Source: Candidatus Poribacteria bacterium
GTDB lineage: Bacteria; Poribacteria; WGA-4E; UBA9662
DNA length: 24,564 nt
Assembly: GCA_046582655.1 (NCBI GenBank)
Contig: JAYGDX010000079.1
Coordinates: 1-24,564 of the forward strand
Reading direction: 5' to 3'
The notes under the pieces were generated by a model. The model searched no databases. It was not told the DNA's origin and saw nothing but the letters and a program-made list of their open reading frames with translations. The position numbers and the translations under genes are program-made. Each line of letters begins with the position of its first letter. Positions within the stretch are counted from its first letter, which is position 1. Below are positions 1-9,723 of this stretch, piece by piece.

Positions 1-1
1 T

Positions 2-1066
2 AAAGCTTTCATGGTAATTGAAGAAAACACAGGTCTACAGAACCCTCAGCGGAATGAGGAACCGATTCACGCACAGGTGGATGATACTGATTATGATGGT
101 GAAAGGGATCAACTGGTTTTTCTCATCGATCTTGCTCCAACTGAAGCGAAGACAGTTTTTATTCGTTATGTTTCGGAAACAGCTGAAAATCAAATGCCCC
201 TCACATTCGGCTTCACCAAGCAGACACGGGCTGGGATATTCCCGCATTTGAATGCTTTAGCTGCTATTGAGTCTGAACTCAGTGTCTATCTGTTGAAAGC
301 AAATGGTGCTATCTCAGTATTGGCAAAAAAAACAGAGAAATTGGAATTAAACCGACTAGGTCGAGAAGAGGATAATAAACAGCCAAACACAATTGAACTC
401 AAACGTACAGAAGATTTGATAGGTTATGGTGGGTTCGTACTGCGGATGCGGAATGACAATAAGCCAGACGGTTTAGATCCTCTAAGATATGTCCCTCACC
501 CTAAAGATAGTAGCCCTTATCAACACGTCCGCGTAATTATGGATGGGCCTGTACGGTCAACGATAGAACGCATCATTCCAAATTGCACAGTTGGAGATAA
601 GGAAATTGAATTAACAGAGACGCTTTCAATTTATGGTAAAAGTCGGTTTGCAGAACACCGCATTAAAATCCAAGGGAGTCTTGAAGGGGTTCTAATTGAA
701 ACTGGAATCCCGAAATCAAGAGACAACCAAGTTGATGAGAAAAAGGGATTAATCCAATCCTGGCAAGATGCCATCTTGGGTCAACCAGGTGAAGGTCAAA
801 TCGGTGTTGGTCTTGTCTATCCAACCAGTCCGATTTCAGTAGATACAGATTTTTCAAGAATATTAGAAATATTCTTGAAAAATTCTTCTTCAAGAATATT
901 GCTTAAACCCGATAAAAATGGTGAAGTGATCTGGTATGTAGTAGGTGTTTGCAACAAAGGTGATTTAGGATTTAAAACGGAAGAGGATTTCAAGCAGTTT
1001 CTTGGATTGAAAGCTGTTGAGCTTCATACTCCACCAATTGTGCAACTTTTTGAGCCAGAGGAATAA
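2..1066 (+). CDS. DUF4861-like family protein, probably 5'-truncated by the window edge
   Basis: The frame is open from position 2 (AAA GCT TTC ATG). Motifs QVDDTDYDGERDQLVF and MDGPVRSTI resemble DUF4861 proteins (recalled similarity, no search run). Confidence 0.55.
   Translation, partial: KAFMVIEENTGLQNPQRNEEPIHAQVDDTDYDGERDQLVFLIDLAPTEAKTVFIRYVSETAENQMPLTFGFTKQTRAGIFPHLNALAAIESELSVYLLKANGAISVLAKKTEKLELNRLGREEDNKQPNTIELKRTEDLIGYGGFVLRMRNDNKPDGLDPLRYVPHPKDSSPYQHVRVIMDGPVRSTIERIIPNCTVGDKEIELTETLSIYGKSRFAEHRIKIQGSLEGVLIETGIPKSRDNQVDEKKGLIQSWQDAILGQPGEGQIGVGLVYPTSPISVDTDFSRILEIFLKNSSSRILLKPDKNGEVIWYVVGVCNKGDLGFKTEEDFKQFLGLKAVELHTPPIVQLFEPEE
849..900. repeat. Perfect 16-bp inverted repeat with 3-nt loop plus a third 12-bp arm copy, inside the CDS
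   Basis: ATTTTTCAAGAATATT (849-864), AGA, AATATTCTTGAAAAAT (868-883). TTCAAGAATATT recurs at 889-900, identical to 853-864. Confidence 0.95.
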
Positions 1067-1101
1067 ACACATTTGAATAGCAGAGGAGGAGTTTTGGAAA
1101 A

Positions 1102-1845
1102 ATGTCACTTATGAACAGGGAAATGGAATTTTATAGTGAAAATGGTTATCTCCTAAAAAAGCATCTTGTTCCAACTTCAATTATTGAACAAATAGCCAAA
1201 GAAACTGATCAAATCCACGAGCGTATGCTTGACAATATACCCTCCAGTATCGGTATTTCTTGGGAAGAATATGACGATCCGGGAAAGCCGAAACGCGTCA
1301 GACAATTGATGCATAGTGAACTTGTCAGTGATGGAATCAACCGAGTCCTGAGATCGGACGAAGTTCTTGACATCATTGAAACATTAATAGGACCAAATAT
1401 CTCACTCTATCACAGCAAACTCCTACCTAAGTCTGCCTACTACGGAACGATTACACCATGGCATCAGGACTACTCATATTGGAAAGGAGCAGATAATCAG
1501 CCATTGATGATTAACTGCATGTTTTTTATTGATGCAGCAACTACTGGGAACGGTTGTATTCAGTTCGTTCCCGGTAGCCATAAAAAAGGGCTACTTGATC
1601 ATGATCATGGCAACCATTCTTTTGGTCTCTACTTGCCTGGTTTTTTTGAAGAATGTGATGAGGCAGTGCCAGTCGAAGCCGAACCCGGAGACTGCATTTT
1701 CTTTGGCCCGCTGGTTATTCATGGATCTAACACCAATAAATCTCCCTATCATCGACGTGCCAATACATTTGCCTACAATGTCACGAATAATAATCCTAGA
1801 CAATGTCGGGAAGTGCTACGCGGTACAGTACTTATTGATGGGTAA
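1102..1845 (+). CDS. Phytanoyl-CoA dioxygenase (PhyH) family Fe(II)/2-oxoglutarate dioxygenase
   Basis: PWHQD (HxD), IHGS (distal His), RRA (2OG-binding Arg), NGCIQFVPGSH and N-terminal FYSENGY motifs. RBS GAGGAGGAG upstream. Confidence 0.9.
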   Translation: MSLMNREMEFYSENGYLLKKHLVPTSIIEQIAKETDQIHERMLDNIPSSIGISWEEYDDPGKPKRVRQLMHSELVSDGINRVLRSDEVLDIIETLIGPNISLYHSKLLPKSAYYGTITPWHQDYSYWKGADNQPLMINCMFFIDAATTGNGCIQFVPGSHKKGLLDHDHGNHSFGLYLPGFFEECDEAVPVEAEPGDCIFFGPLVIHGSNTNKSPYHRRANTFAYNVTNNNPRQCREVLRGTVLIDG

Positions 1846-2017
1846 TAAAGAGGGGCGTTTTCTGCTTTAAGATGACTTTTGATGATTCGACTCTTTATGA
1901 TGAAATTTGGGGTTTGATAGTCATAATGCGGGTATGGTTGGCGAGGTGTATTCAAGTCATTACAGAGGGCGTTGAGGGTATGAAGTGTTGATGATGATAG
2001 CGGACGCAGGGACAGTC

Positions 2018-4245
2018 TTACTCAATGACAATCATTTTTGTGTTTGCTGAAAGTCTTGGGTTAATATCGAGTAAAAATAGATTCCGCTCGAGACCCGCTC
2101 ACCCAAATTGTTCTTGCCATCCCAATACACCGCTTTACGTTGGCTGATGTATTGACCGACCGTCAATATGCCCAAGTTGGACTTGCGAATGAGAGTCCCA
2201 TTGGTGTCATGGATTTGGATGGTTAAATCCGTACTTTTAGACAGTTGAAAAGGAATCCATGTATCGGGGTTGAAAGGGTTTGGGTAGTTGGGAAAGAGGG
2301 CATTTTGACAAAGGCTTTCAGAAATCAGGGATGGTGCAAGTAGACTGTTTTTTTCATAAACCTCGCCAAAGTGCATGGCAACAGACGTAAAATTAAAGAT
2401 ATTGACTATGCCATCTCTGTTGATGTCCGGGTTAATTTCAAGGTCCAGCGGAATAGGTAAACCAAAATAACGTGCAACAAGACTTAGATCAAAAATGTTA
2501 ACAACTCCATCGTTATTCACATCCCATGGATGGGCAGGGTTTTCAACTGAAACATCTGCCTTATACATTTCACATTCAATCTTATTTTGGCTTGAGTTAA
2601 GCAGGATGAGGTTCTCCAGTTGAACTTGGCATGATCCAACCTCAATGGCACGAAAAAGCACAGATAGTAGTATTCTACTTCCGTCAACACCTCCTTCACC
2701 TTGTATTCGTCGCGACAATGTTTTTGTAAAGACCGTTTGTCTAATCCAATTGAAAAAAGGGGTCTTTGGCTTCTTCTTTAGGTAGCCGTTTGATTCCTGA
2801 GTCTCGCGGTAGGATTTCATTAAAACGTGTTGTTGTCACAAAACTAATACAATTTGGGTTTGTCCATTTGAGATCGAATTGGAATCCTACGAGATTTCTC
2901 ACGGATTCAATCCAGACTGAAACTAAAAATTCGTCGTTTAGATCTATGCGCCGTTTGCGCGGTACGACACGAACAGCACACTTTAGTGGAGGTGTGTAAA
3001 GCGTACTGAATGATTTCGGCTGGGACCATCTGCTAGTCTGACCGAAAGTTCCCGATCGAGCACGCCACCAGTAGGTTGTTGCCAGAGATAATACAAACTG
3101 ATTGGAGAAGCCAGAGAGAAAATTCTCACCAATTTGGGCGGTTAGCTGCTCAGTCGAAGACACTTTGGCATAAGATTGATTGAAATCTGGATTGGTTGAC
3201 ACCTCTAGTTCGTAGTAGGCCGAACCCCTAATCGGTTCCCAACTAAAATCTACCTGAGGGGTATTAATTAGTGCTTTTTCATTTGGTTGTAACAACTTTG
3301 GTACTTCAATTGCAGATTGTCCCATCAGTTGAGCCTGCCGTAACCATGGATACTTTATCAGGACTGAAGGCGATGGCATGTCGCGAGTTGGAATCGAATG
3401 ATTGAATCTCCTGACGAGATGACAAATTCCATAATTTTATGGCTTCATCCGCTGGTGGGCTAGCCAACCCCAATGCCAGTATACTGTTGTCATTACTGTG
3501 TGCCATAGATAAGACTGGGCGGTCGTATGTTGTCAATAGGCTGTCAGATTCTGATTGATCTATATTCAGGTAAACAGCTCCATCCCAATCAGCGGAGATG
3601 ATCTGTGAACCGTCAAAGTTGAAAAGAACTTCCCAAACACGGTTTGTGTGACCAATGAAAGTGTTAACTAGAGTTTGGGTCTCGATCTCCAAAGATGGAC
3701 GGTTTGGTCTTCGGATCCAGAGGCAATATGGGATCCACTTGGGCTAAATGCTACTGACCAAACGATGCCTTGATGCTGATTGAAGACGATAAGTAAATTT
3801 TTTGTTTGCAGATCCCATAATCTCACAATCCCGTCGCTTGAACCAGAAACGAGGAAATTGTTGTCTGAATTGAAATTAATAGAGGTCAATCTACCAGATC
3901 TCAGTACGAACCGATCAAGTTCTGATCCTTTAGCAATATCCCAAATACGGATAGATTTGTCTTCTGAGGCTGAAATTAACCGGTTGTTGCCGTAAAAAAC
4001 CAGATCAATGATTTTCGATTGGTGACCGTTGAGCGTGGCTACAGATATATTCTGGCTAACAGGCCAGACTCGGTTGATCATCACCGCCAGAAGCGATTAA
4101 TTCCCCATCTGGACTGTAAGCAAGAGCAAGCAAGTACTTGGTTGGTATGTCCGAAAAGAAGCTGATGTGAAAATTGCGCGCTGTTAGCCCTAATCAGGAA
4201 AGAGAAAAAGATGAAACCTAGGAAAATTCCAACGGATTTTCTCAC
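2018..4245 (-). pseudogene. Decayed exported multidomain protein: signal peptide, WD40 propeller, Ig/FN3-like, cohesin-like, dockerin type I, FlgD-Ig/secretion C-terminal domain
   Basis: GTG start at 4245 gives MRKSVGIFLGFIFFSFLIRANSA. WD40 repeats (SASEDKSIRIWD, SGSSDGIVRLWD), cohesin-like NLVGFQFDLKW, dockerin DVNNDGVVNIFDL and C-terminal NYPNPFNPDTWIPFQL...YWDGKNNLGERVSSGIYFY are spread over ORFs 3668..4084, 3306..3692, 2741..3379 and 2032..2820. About 7 lesions. The restored end is TQKMIVIE-TAA at 2018-2020. Confidence 0.85.
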
Positions 4246-4274
4246 GGCCAGACCACCAAAATCTAGAGGCTAAA

Positions 4275-5099
4275 CTATATCTGAAAAGCTTCACGAAGTA
4301 AGTCGACACTTTTAGGTACACCGATGTCAGCATCAGCTTTACCTTCAAACTCGATCGAGATATACCCCTTAAAACCTACTGCCCTTAGAATGCCAGCAAT
4401 TCGCTCATAATCAAGTTCAAGAGTGTACCACTCACCACCACCATAGTAGGTTTTGGCGTGTACCAAAGCCGCTTGATGAGAAATCTGTTCTAGCTTCTTG
4501 TAAGGATCGGCAAGAAAATTGCCGCAGTCCATGGTCACCATCAACCAGTCGGAATCGATTGCTGACACAATGCGGTTCACCCCTTTTGGAGAGTTGGTCA
4601 ATCCCCAGTGATTTTCAAGACCAAGGATTACTCCATTTTTCTCGGCAAAAGGAAGACATTTTTCAATCGATTCGATAATCCAATCAAAGGCATCATCCTC
4701 TATGTAACCGGGCAAGACAGGCTCATCTCCACCATGCTGCATTAATTTATCGAATGACTTAATCGTACCCCATCGTCCCGAATTTAGACGAATGGCCGGA
4801 ATGCCAAGATCATAAGCCAACTCAATACAGTGAATGGTGTGATTTATGTTTTTATCCCGTTCACCTGGGTTAGGAGATACAAAGCCTTGATGTATGGATA
4901 AAGCATAAAGATCAAGTCCCTGAATGAAAGCGTCCCGCTTTAAATTTTGCAGGTAGGGTTTTTCTTCAGATGCCATCTGACGGTGCAAAATTTCAATACC
5001 GTCAAGATTCAGTTCTGCCGCTTTGCCGATTACTGTTTCAATTGGCACCTGCTCAGGCGTAAAATGCCAGTACGAATAAGTAGAAACACCCAATTTCAT
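4275..5099 (-). CDS. Sugar phosphate isomerase/epimerase (xylose-isomerase-like TIM barrel)
   Basis: MKLGVSTYS, GLENHWG, DCGNF, HAK and ISIEFEG metal-binding motifs of the AP endonuclease 2/xylose isomerase-like family. Confidence 0.85.
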   Translation of the reverse strand: MKLGVSTYSYWHFTPEQVPIETVIGKAAELNLDGIEILHRQMASEEKPYLQNLKRDAFIQGLDLYALSIHQGFVSPNPGERDKNINHTIHCIELAYDLGIPAIRLNSGRWGTIKSFDKLMQHGGDEPVLPGYIEDDAFDWIIESIEKCLPFAEKNGVILGLENHWGLTNSPKGVNRIVSAIDSDWLMVTMDCGNFLADPYKKLEQISHQAALVHAKTYYGGGEWYTLELDYERIAGILRAVGFKGYISIEFEGKADADIGVPKSVDLLREAFQI

Positions 5100-5162
5100 T
5101 GATCAGCTTCCTATTTATTACTCCACCTAAATGATTTGGTTTCATCAACTTTGGCTCTTGGT

Positions 5163-5960
5163 TTACTCAAGAAAATTCTGAATATAACGAACATCGATCC
5201 GAGCCAGATCTATCACACTATCAACCGGTTCGCCTCCATATTCGCTGTGGAAACAGATTGGTCCGTTGAAATGAATGTCTTTCAAGGTACGAACTGTAAT
5301 TTTCCAATCGACGAAGCCAGTTCCTATCCGCACGACTTCCCCACCACCATCGCCAGGACGGCGCATTAAATCTTTAAACGCTACCACAGCTAAGTAGTCC
5401 TTGACAATATCGAGTGCCATGTCGATAGGCTCGCCGACGATGGATAAATGGCCAGGATCAGCAAATACACCAATGTGCTTCGGATTGAAACCTTTAACGA
5501 GGTTCATTACTGCACAAGCATTTAGTCCCATTGACGAACCAGAATGGTTGTGAACACATGTTCGTACCTGATGCGTCTCTGATAATTTCTCAAAGTCCTC
5601 AAGTTTCTTTCGGCATTGATCGACCTTAGTCCAATAACCGCCATCGTCCGCATTCCATCTCCAATATCCGATTTTGATGTTTTCAACTCCTGCTTCTTCA
5701 CAGGCCGCATAAACCCGTTTTGTCTCGTCATGGTTGGGATCAAGGAAATCTCCGGGGGCGGTAACAAGAGGGATTGACAAACCGTGACTAGCAAATTGCT
5801 TAGCCGCTTCTGGCAATGCTGTATTGGCATTTTCCGGATTTACAGGGTAACCTGGCCGAACACAAAGATCTGCCCCATCAATTCCAACCGACTTGATAGC
5901 ACCAATAATCTGTGAAACATCCAGATTTTCCAAATGTTTAGTGAACATAATTTTTTTCAT
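5163..5960 (-). CDS. Sugar phosphate isomerase/epimerase-like TIM barrel protein
   Basis: MFTKHL, GADLCVRPG, HNHSG, DPGH, FKD and HSEY motifs. Start refined to the ATG at 5960, downstream of an AGGAG RBS. Confidence 0.8.
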   Translation of the reverse strand: MKKIMFTKHLENLDVSQIIGAIKSVGIDGADLCVRPGYPVNPENANTALPEAAKQFASHGLSIPLVTAPGDFLDPNHDETKRVYAACEEAGVENIKIGYWRWNADDGGYWTKVDQCRKKLEDFEKLSETHQVRTCVHNHSGSSMGLNACAVMNLVKGFNPKHIGVFADPGHLSIVGEPIDMALDIVKDYLAVVAFKDLMRRPGDGGGEVVRIGTGFVDWKITVRTLKDIHFNGPICFHSEYGGEPVDSVIDLARIDVRYIQNFLE

Positions 5961-6022
5961 CACAACTCCTACCATCGCTGAAGGATAATGGACCTTTGTA
6001 TCCTTCGCAACCGTTTGCCAAT

Positions 6023-6643
6023 TTAATATTTATCTGATCCTTCTAGCAGAAGCGGTTCAATCCATATGTTACGGTACTTAAGCAGGTCTCCGTGATCTTG
6101 CAGCAACAACGGTCCTGGCTCCCGTACATTTTGACCTGCTGATCCTCCTGTTACTCCTAGCAACTGAACGTTATTGTGGATAACAATTCCATTCTGAAGT
6201 ACGGTCAATCGTGCGGGATCGACAATTTGGTTATCCTCGTTGCAACGTGGTGCACGAAAAAAAACATCGTATGTTTGCCATTCCAGTGGGGGTTTACAGG
6301 CATTAACTAGTGGTGCAAACTGATCATAGACTGCTCCACAATCCCCTTTGCCCGGTACCTCGATGCCATATGAGTCAAGGACTTGAATTTCGTATCGACC
6401 TTGCAGAAAGACTCCGCTATTGCCCTTAGCCTGCCCAGTAGCTTCCGGCATATCGGGTGTCATGAACTCCAAATGGAGCCTAAAATCAGTGAATAATTCT
6501 TTGGTCATAATGTCACCACTAGCAACAGTCATAATTCCGTCAGCAACTATCCACGTGGCGGGGTCACCGTTGCGCTGCATCCAGTTGCTTAAATCTTTAT
6601 TGTTGAAAACGGCTGATGCCGTGGTCGGAGGAGTTGAAGTCAT
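6023..6643 (-). CDS. DUF1080 family (3-keto-disaccharide hydrolase-like), no signal peptide
   Basis: DFRLHLEF, GNSGVFLQGRYEIQVLDS, GAVY, EWQTYD, LQDHG and YRNIWI are typical DUF1080 motifs. Confidence 0.9.
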   Translation of the reverse strand: MTSTPPTTASAVFNNKDLSNWMQRNGDPATWIVADGIMTVASGDIMTKELFTDFRLHLEFMTPDMPEATGQAKGNSGVFLQGRYEIQVLDSYGIEVPGKGDCGAVYDQFAPLVNACKPPLEWQTYDVFFRAPRCNEDNQIVDPARLTVLQNGIVIHNNVQLLGVTGGSAGQNVREPGPLLLQDHGDLLKYRNIWIEPLLLEGSDKY

Positions 6644-6835
6644 TATAAAATTCCTTTCATATCAAAGCTGAATATTCAGAATTGAAACTGAATAATTGAT
6701 AATCCTACTAAAGGGAGAGATTTATCTCAACTCTATTTTTCTTCTGGTCGAGGTTGGAGGAGCAGAAATGTAAATATAAACCTACTTTGCTGTACGAAAC
6801 TAAGATACCTGCTGATCTTGAGATCAAGATAAGTA

Positions 6836-7165
6836 CTATCTTTCGTTTGCTAATTGTTTAACATGTTCAAGAACAATAGGCTGGGGACACAATTTTACGA
6901 ATAACCATACGCCTGGTGCGGATATAAGAAATAGGGCAATTAAGAGATCATCCAGTTTGCCAATAATAGGTAGGAAATCAAAATCTAAGGGAAACACAAA
7001 ATAAGCAATGGCAAATATCGTCGCAATTAATTCTGTTATGACTAGAACCGCTTTTCGATGGATCTGCACACGTGGATCAACGAACAAACGCACAGCCAAC
7101 TTAACAAACCGCGGCAAGTGAAGCAAAAACCGGACGAAGCGAAATATCTTATTCGCTGAGTTCAT
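6836..7165 (-). CDS. YkvA/DUF1232 family small membrane protein
   Basis: RLFVDPRV and YFVFPLDFDFLPIIGKLDDLLI resemble the YxxSPxDxIPDxIPxxGxxDD signature. Hydrophobic segments present. Confidence 0.75.
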   Translation of the reverse strand: MNSANKIFRFVRFLLHLPRFVKLAVRLFVDPRVQIHRKAVLVITELIATIFAIAYFVFPLDFDFLPIIGKLDDLLIALFLISAPGVWLFVKLCPQPIVLEHVKQLANER

Positions 7166-7295
7166 GGGGAAGAATACCTAGCTCACCACTCAATATTTAT
7201 ATTCAGATCAGTACATTTCTATAAAGCTCATTATACCAAAAGCCCTACAATGAAACAAGAAAATGAAGGGTAATTCTTCATGAACAATATTTTTC

Positions 7296-7304
7296 TGATA
7301 TAAT
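7296..7304 (+). promoter_or_regulatory. Extended -10 sigma70-type promoter element (TGnTATAAT) for the DHS-like/LarA-like genes
   Basis: TGATATAAT at 7296-7304, weak -35 TTCATG at 7277-7282, RBS GAGG at 7317-7320. Confidence 0.55.
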
Positions 7305-7324
7305 TGTGTTAGAAACGAGGTTAG

Positions 7325-8320
7325 GTGAACAATTTGAATTATCCTATATTTGACAGATCTGAGATGGATATTCGTCCACTTTCCGAACGAGAACATAAGA
7401 TGAGTGTGGATGATATCTATCAGTTAGATTCTGAGACACCACCCTACGAGAGTGAGAATTTGTATCCGATTGTAGAAGCTATCCTGCAAGCTTACCATAA
7501 CCGGAAGCCGGTCATATGGATGATGGGCGCGCACGTTATGCGTCGTGGGAACTCACGTTTAATTATTAACTTGATGGAAGAGGAAATCCTCACTCATGTT
7601 GCAACCAACGGTGCGGTAGCCATCCATGACTTTGAGATTGCACTGATTGGTTCCACCTTGGAAGACGTAGAGCGTTATATATGGGATGGTAAATTTGGAA
7701 ATTGGGAAGAAACTGGGCGGTATTTAAACGAAGCAATTGTTCGTGGATATCAAGACAAAATTGGGTATGGTGAATCCGTTGGACGACTCATTCAAGATGG
7801 TGAGGAGGGGATCCAGTTTCCGTATCGAGAACTGAGCATCTTCGCTACTGCATATCGACTAGGTGTTCCTATCACTGTTCATAAAGGGATTGGTTACGAC
7901 ATCATCGATCAGCATCCATCGGCGGATTATGCTGCTATGGGATACACAACCGGACAGGATTTTCTCCGTTTTGTCCATACAGTCTCCAAATTAGAAGGAG
8001 GTGTTTTTCTGAATCTAGGTTCCGCTGTTATGGGACCAGAAGTTTATCTGAAAAGTTTGTCCATGGTACGAAACGTAGCTCATCAACGGAACGAAAAAAT
8101 TCGAAATTTTTTAACTGCAAATTTCGATCTTATCGATTTTATCGATTTTCGTGATGAAGGAAGTCCAAAAGAAGCGCATTACTACCACCGTCCCAAAAAG
8201 ACAATTCTTGTTCGCACAGTCAAGGACGGCGGTGAAAGTTATCATGTTTCTGGTGATTTTGATCGGACTGTACCGAAACTCTATAGTTTGCTAATCGCTG
8301 GGTTGCGGAAAGGACGGTGA
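7325..8320 (+). CDS. Deoxyhypusine-synthase-like NAD-binding protein of unknown function (GSU2086-like)
   Basis: MGAHV, VATNGAVAIHDFEIAL, EETG, SIFATAYRLGVPITVH, GSAVMGPEVYLK pattern of the bacterial DHS-like hypothetical family (recalled). Confidence 0.65.
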   Translation: MNNLNYPIFDRSEMDIRPLSEREHKMSVDDIYQLDSETPPYESENLYPIVEAILQAYHNRKPVIWMMGAHVMRRGNSRLIINLMEEEILTHVATNGAVAIHDFEIALIGSTLEDVERYIWDGKFGNWEETGRYLNEAIVRGYQDKIGYGESVGRLIQDGEEGIQFPYRELSIFATAYRLGVPITVHKGIGYDIIDQHPSADYAAMGYTTGQDFLRFVHTVSKLEGGVFLNLGSAVMGPEVYLKSLSMVRNVAHQRNEKIRNFLTANFDLIDFIDFRDEGSPKEAHYYHRPKKTILVRTVKDGGESYHVSGDFDRTVPKLYSLLIAGLRKGR

Positions 8321-8324
8321 TTTT

Positions 8325-9593
8325 ATGGCAATGTGCCTCGCCTATGGTAACCAGAATACCGTAATCACTACAGAAAAGAAACGTGAACTTTTGCATGATT
8401 TGCTGCTAGATCAGTTGAGTGAAACCGCTGGGAAAATTTTAGTCGTTCCTCCTGATATTACGCGTTTGCCATCAAACGCTGGGGAATTAACTAAGATTCT
8501 TTACCAAATCTGGCTGGAAGCAAAAGGAGAGCAGTTTGACATCCTACCTGCAATTGGTACGCATACTCCAATGACAAAGAGTCAGATTAAGACAATGTTT
8601 GGGTGTCTTGATCAAGCTAACTATTACGATCACGATTGGCGAACAGATCTTTCTCAGCTAGGCCAAGTACCGTCTAACTTAGTTAGTGAAGTTTCTAATG
8701 GGAAAGTTGATTATGATATCCCTGTTGCCATCAATCGACGAATTGTAGAAGGCGGATACGATCTTATCTTATCGGTTGGACAGGTTATACCACACGAAGT
8801 CGTTGGCATGGCAAACGGATTCAAGAATATTTTGATTGGAACCGGCGGTCAGGAAATGATCAATAAATCCCACTTTCTTGGAGCAGCCGACGGAATTGAG
8901 CGATTGCTTGGTCGAACAAACACATCAGTACGTCAAATTTTCAACTACGCTCATGACAATTTCTTAAAAAAGATTGGCATTATTTACATTATGACAGTTA
9001 TGGAAACCTCCAAATCAGGTGAAACGGTCATGCGAGGACTCTTCGCTGGTGATGATCACCAGACGTTTGAAAAGGCTGCTGAACTTAGCCAAGCGGTTAA
9101 CATCAATTGGCTGGATGAACCACTCAATCAAGTTGTTGTTTATCTTGATCCTTTAGAGTTTAAGAGCACATGGTTGGGCAACAAGGCGATCTATCGCACC
9201 CGCATGGCTATGGCAGATAATGGTGAGTTAATTGTGATTGCACCAGGCTTGAAAGAATTCGGGGAAGACCCGGAGATTGACTATTTGATCCGGAAATATG
9301 GTTACTCGGGCACTGACACGACATTGCAACAGGTCTCAGAGAACAAAGATTTACAGGCAAATCTGTCGGCGGCTGCACACCTGATTCACGGAACGTCTGA
9401 TGGGCGGTTCCGAGTGACCTATGCGACTTCAGATCTGTCGCGAGAAGAGATTGAAGGTGTTGGCTATGAATGGGCTGATGTTAATCAGATGATTTCTCAG
9501 TTCAACCCTGAACAGCTGGCTGATGGATTTAATAGTAATTTATTCTTTATTAGTAATCCTGCACAAGGACTTTGGATTGTAAAGGGGGCGTAA
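8325..9593 (+). CDS. LarA-family (DUF2088) nickel-pincer-dependent racemase/epimerase, likely acting on sugar acids
   Basis: PPDITR, AIGTH, HDW, PHEVVGMANGFKN, SHFLG and LGNKAIYRTRMA match LarA superfamily cofactor and catalytic positions. Starts 4 nt after the previous stop. Confidence 0.8.
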   Translation: MAMCLAYGNQNTVITTEKKRELLHDLLLDQLSETAGKILVVPPDITRLPSNAGELTKILYQIWLEAKGEQFDILPAIGTHTPMTKSQIKTMFGCLDQANYYDHDWRTDLSQLGQVPSNLVSEVSNGKVDYDIPVAINRRIVEGGYDLILSVGQVIPHEVVGMANGFKNILIGTGGQEMINKSHFLGAADGIERLLGRTNTSVRQIFNYAHDNFLKKIGIIYIMTVMETSKSGETVMRGLFAGDDHQTFEKAAELSQAVNINWLDEPLNQVVVYLDPLEFKSTWLGNKAIYRTRMAMADNGELIVIAPGLKEFGEDPEIDYLIRKYGYSGTDTTLQQVSENKDLQANLSAAAHLIHGTSDGRFRVTYATSDLSREEIEGVGYEWADVNQMISQFNPEQLADGFNSNLFFISNPAQGLWIVKGA

Positions 9594-9723
9594 CTTCGTT
9601 TAGTCCCGTTCGCTCTTTTTTCTGAAAAATCATTTTGTTGATGACATGAATTATTAGATCTGAAGCCATCTGATCTGATCGGAAATTAACGAGTTCTTAT
9701 GAGTTGCATTGATGAGGGAAGTC

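Noticed and set aside
1872..1991. 39-codon ORF MTFDDSTLYDEIWGLIVIMRVWLARCIQVITEGVEGMKC after the PhyH gene
   Set aside because: No recognisable motif or well-placed RBS. It may be a gene remnant, but this cannot be supported.
2018..4245. Programmed frameshifting or phase variation in the WD40/dockerin gene
   Set aside because: There are too many heterogeneous lesions, including a nonsense codon and multi-base deletions, and no long slippery tracts.
6644..6835. Possible riboswitch or ncRNA in the 190-bp gap upstream of DUF1080
   Set aside because: Only short palindromes (CTGAATATTCAG, GAGATTTATCTC) are present, with no match to riboswitch consensus motifs I recognise.
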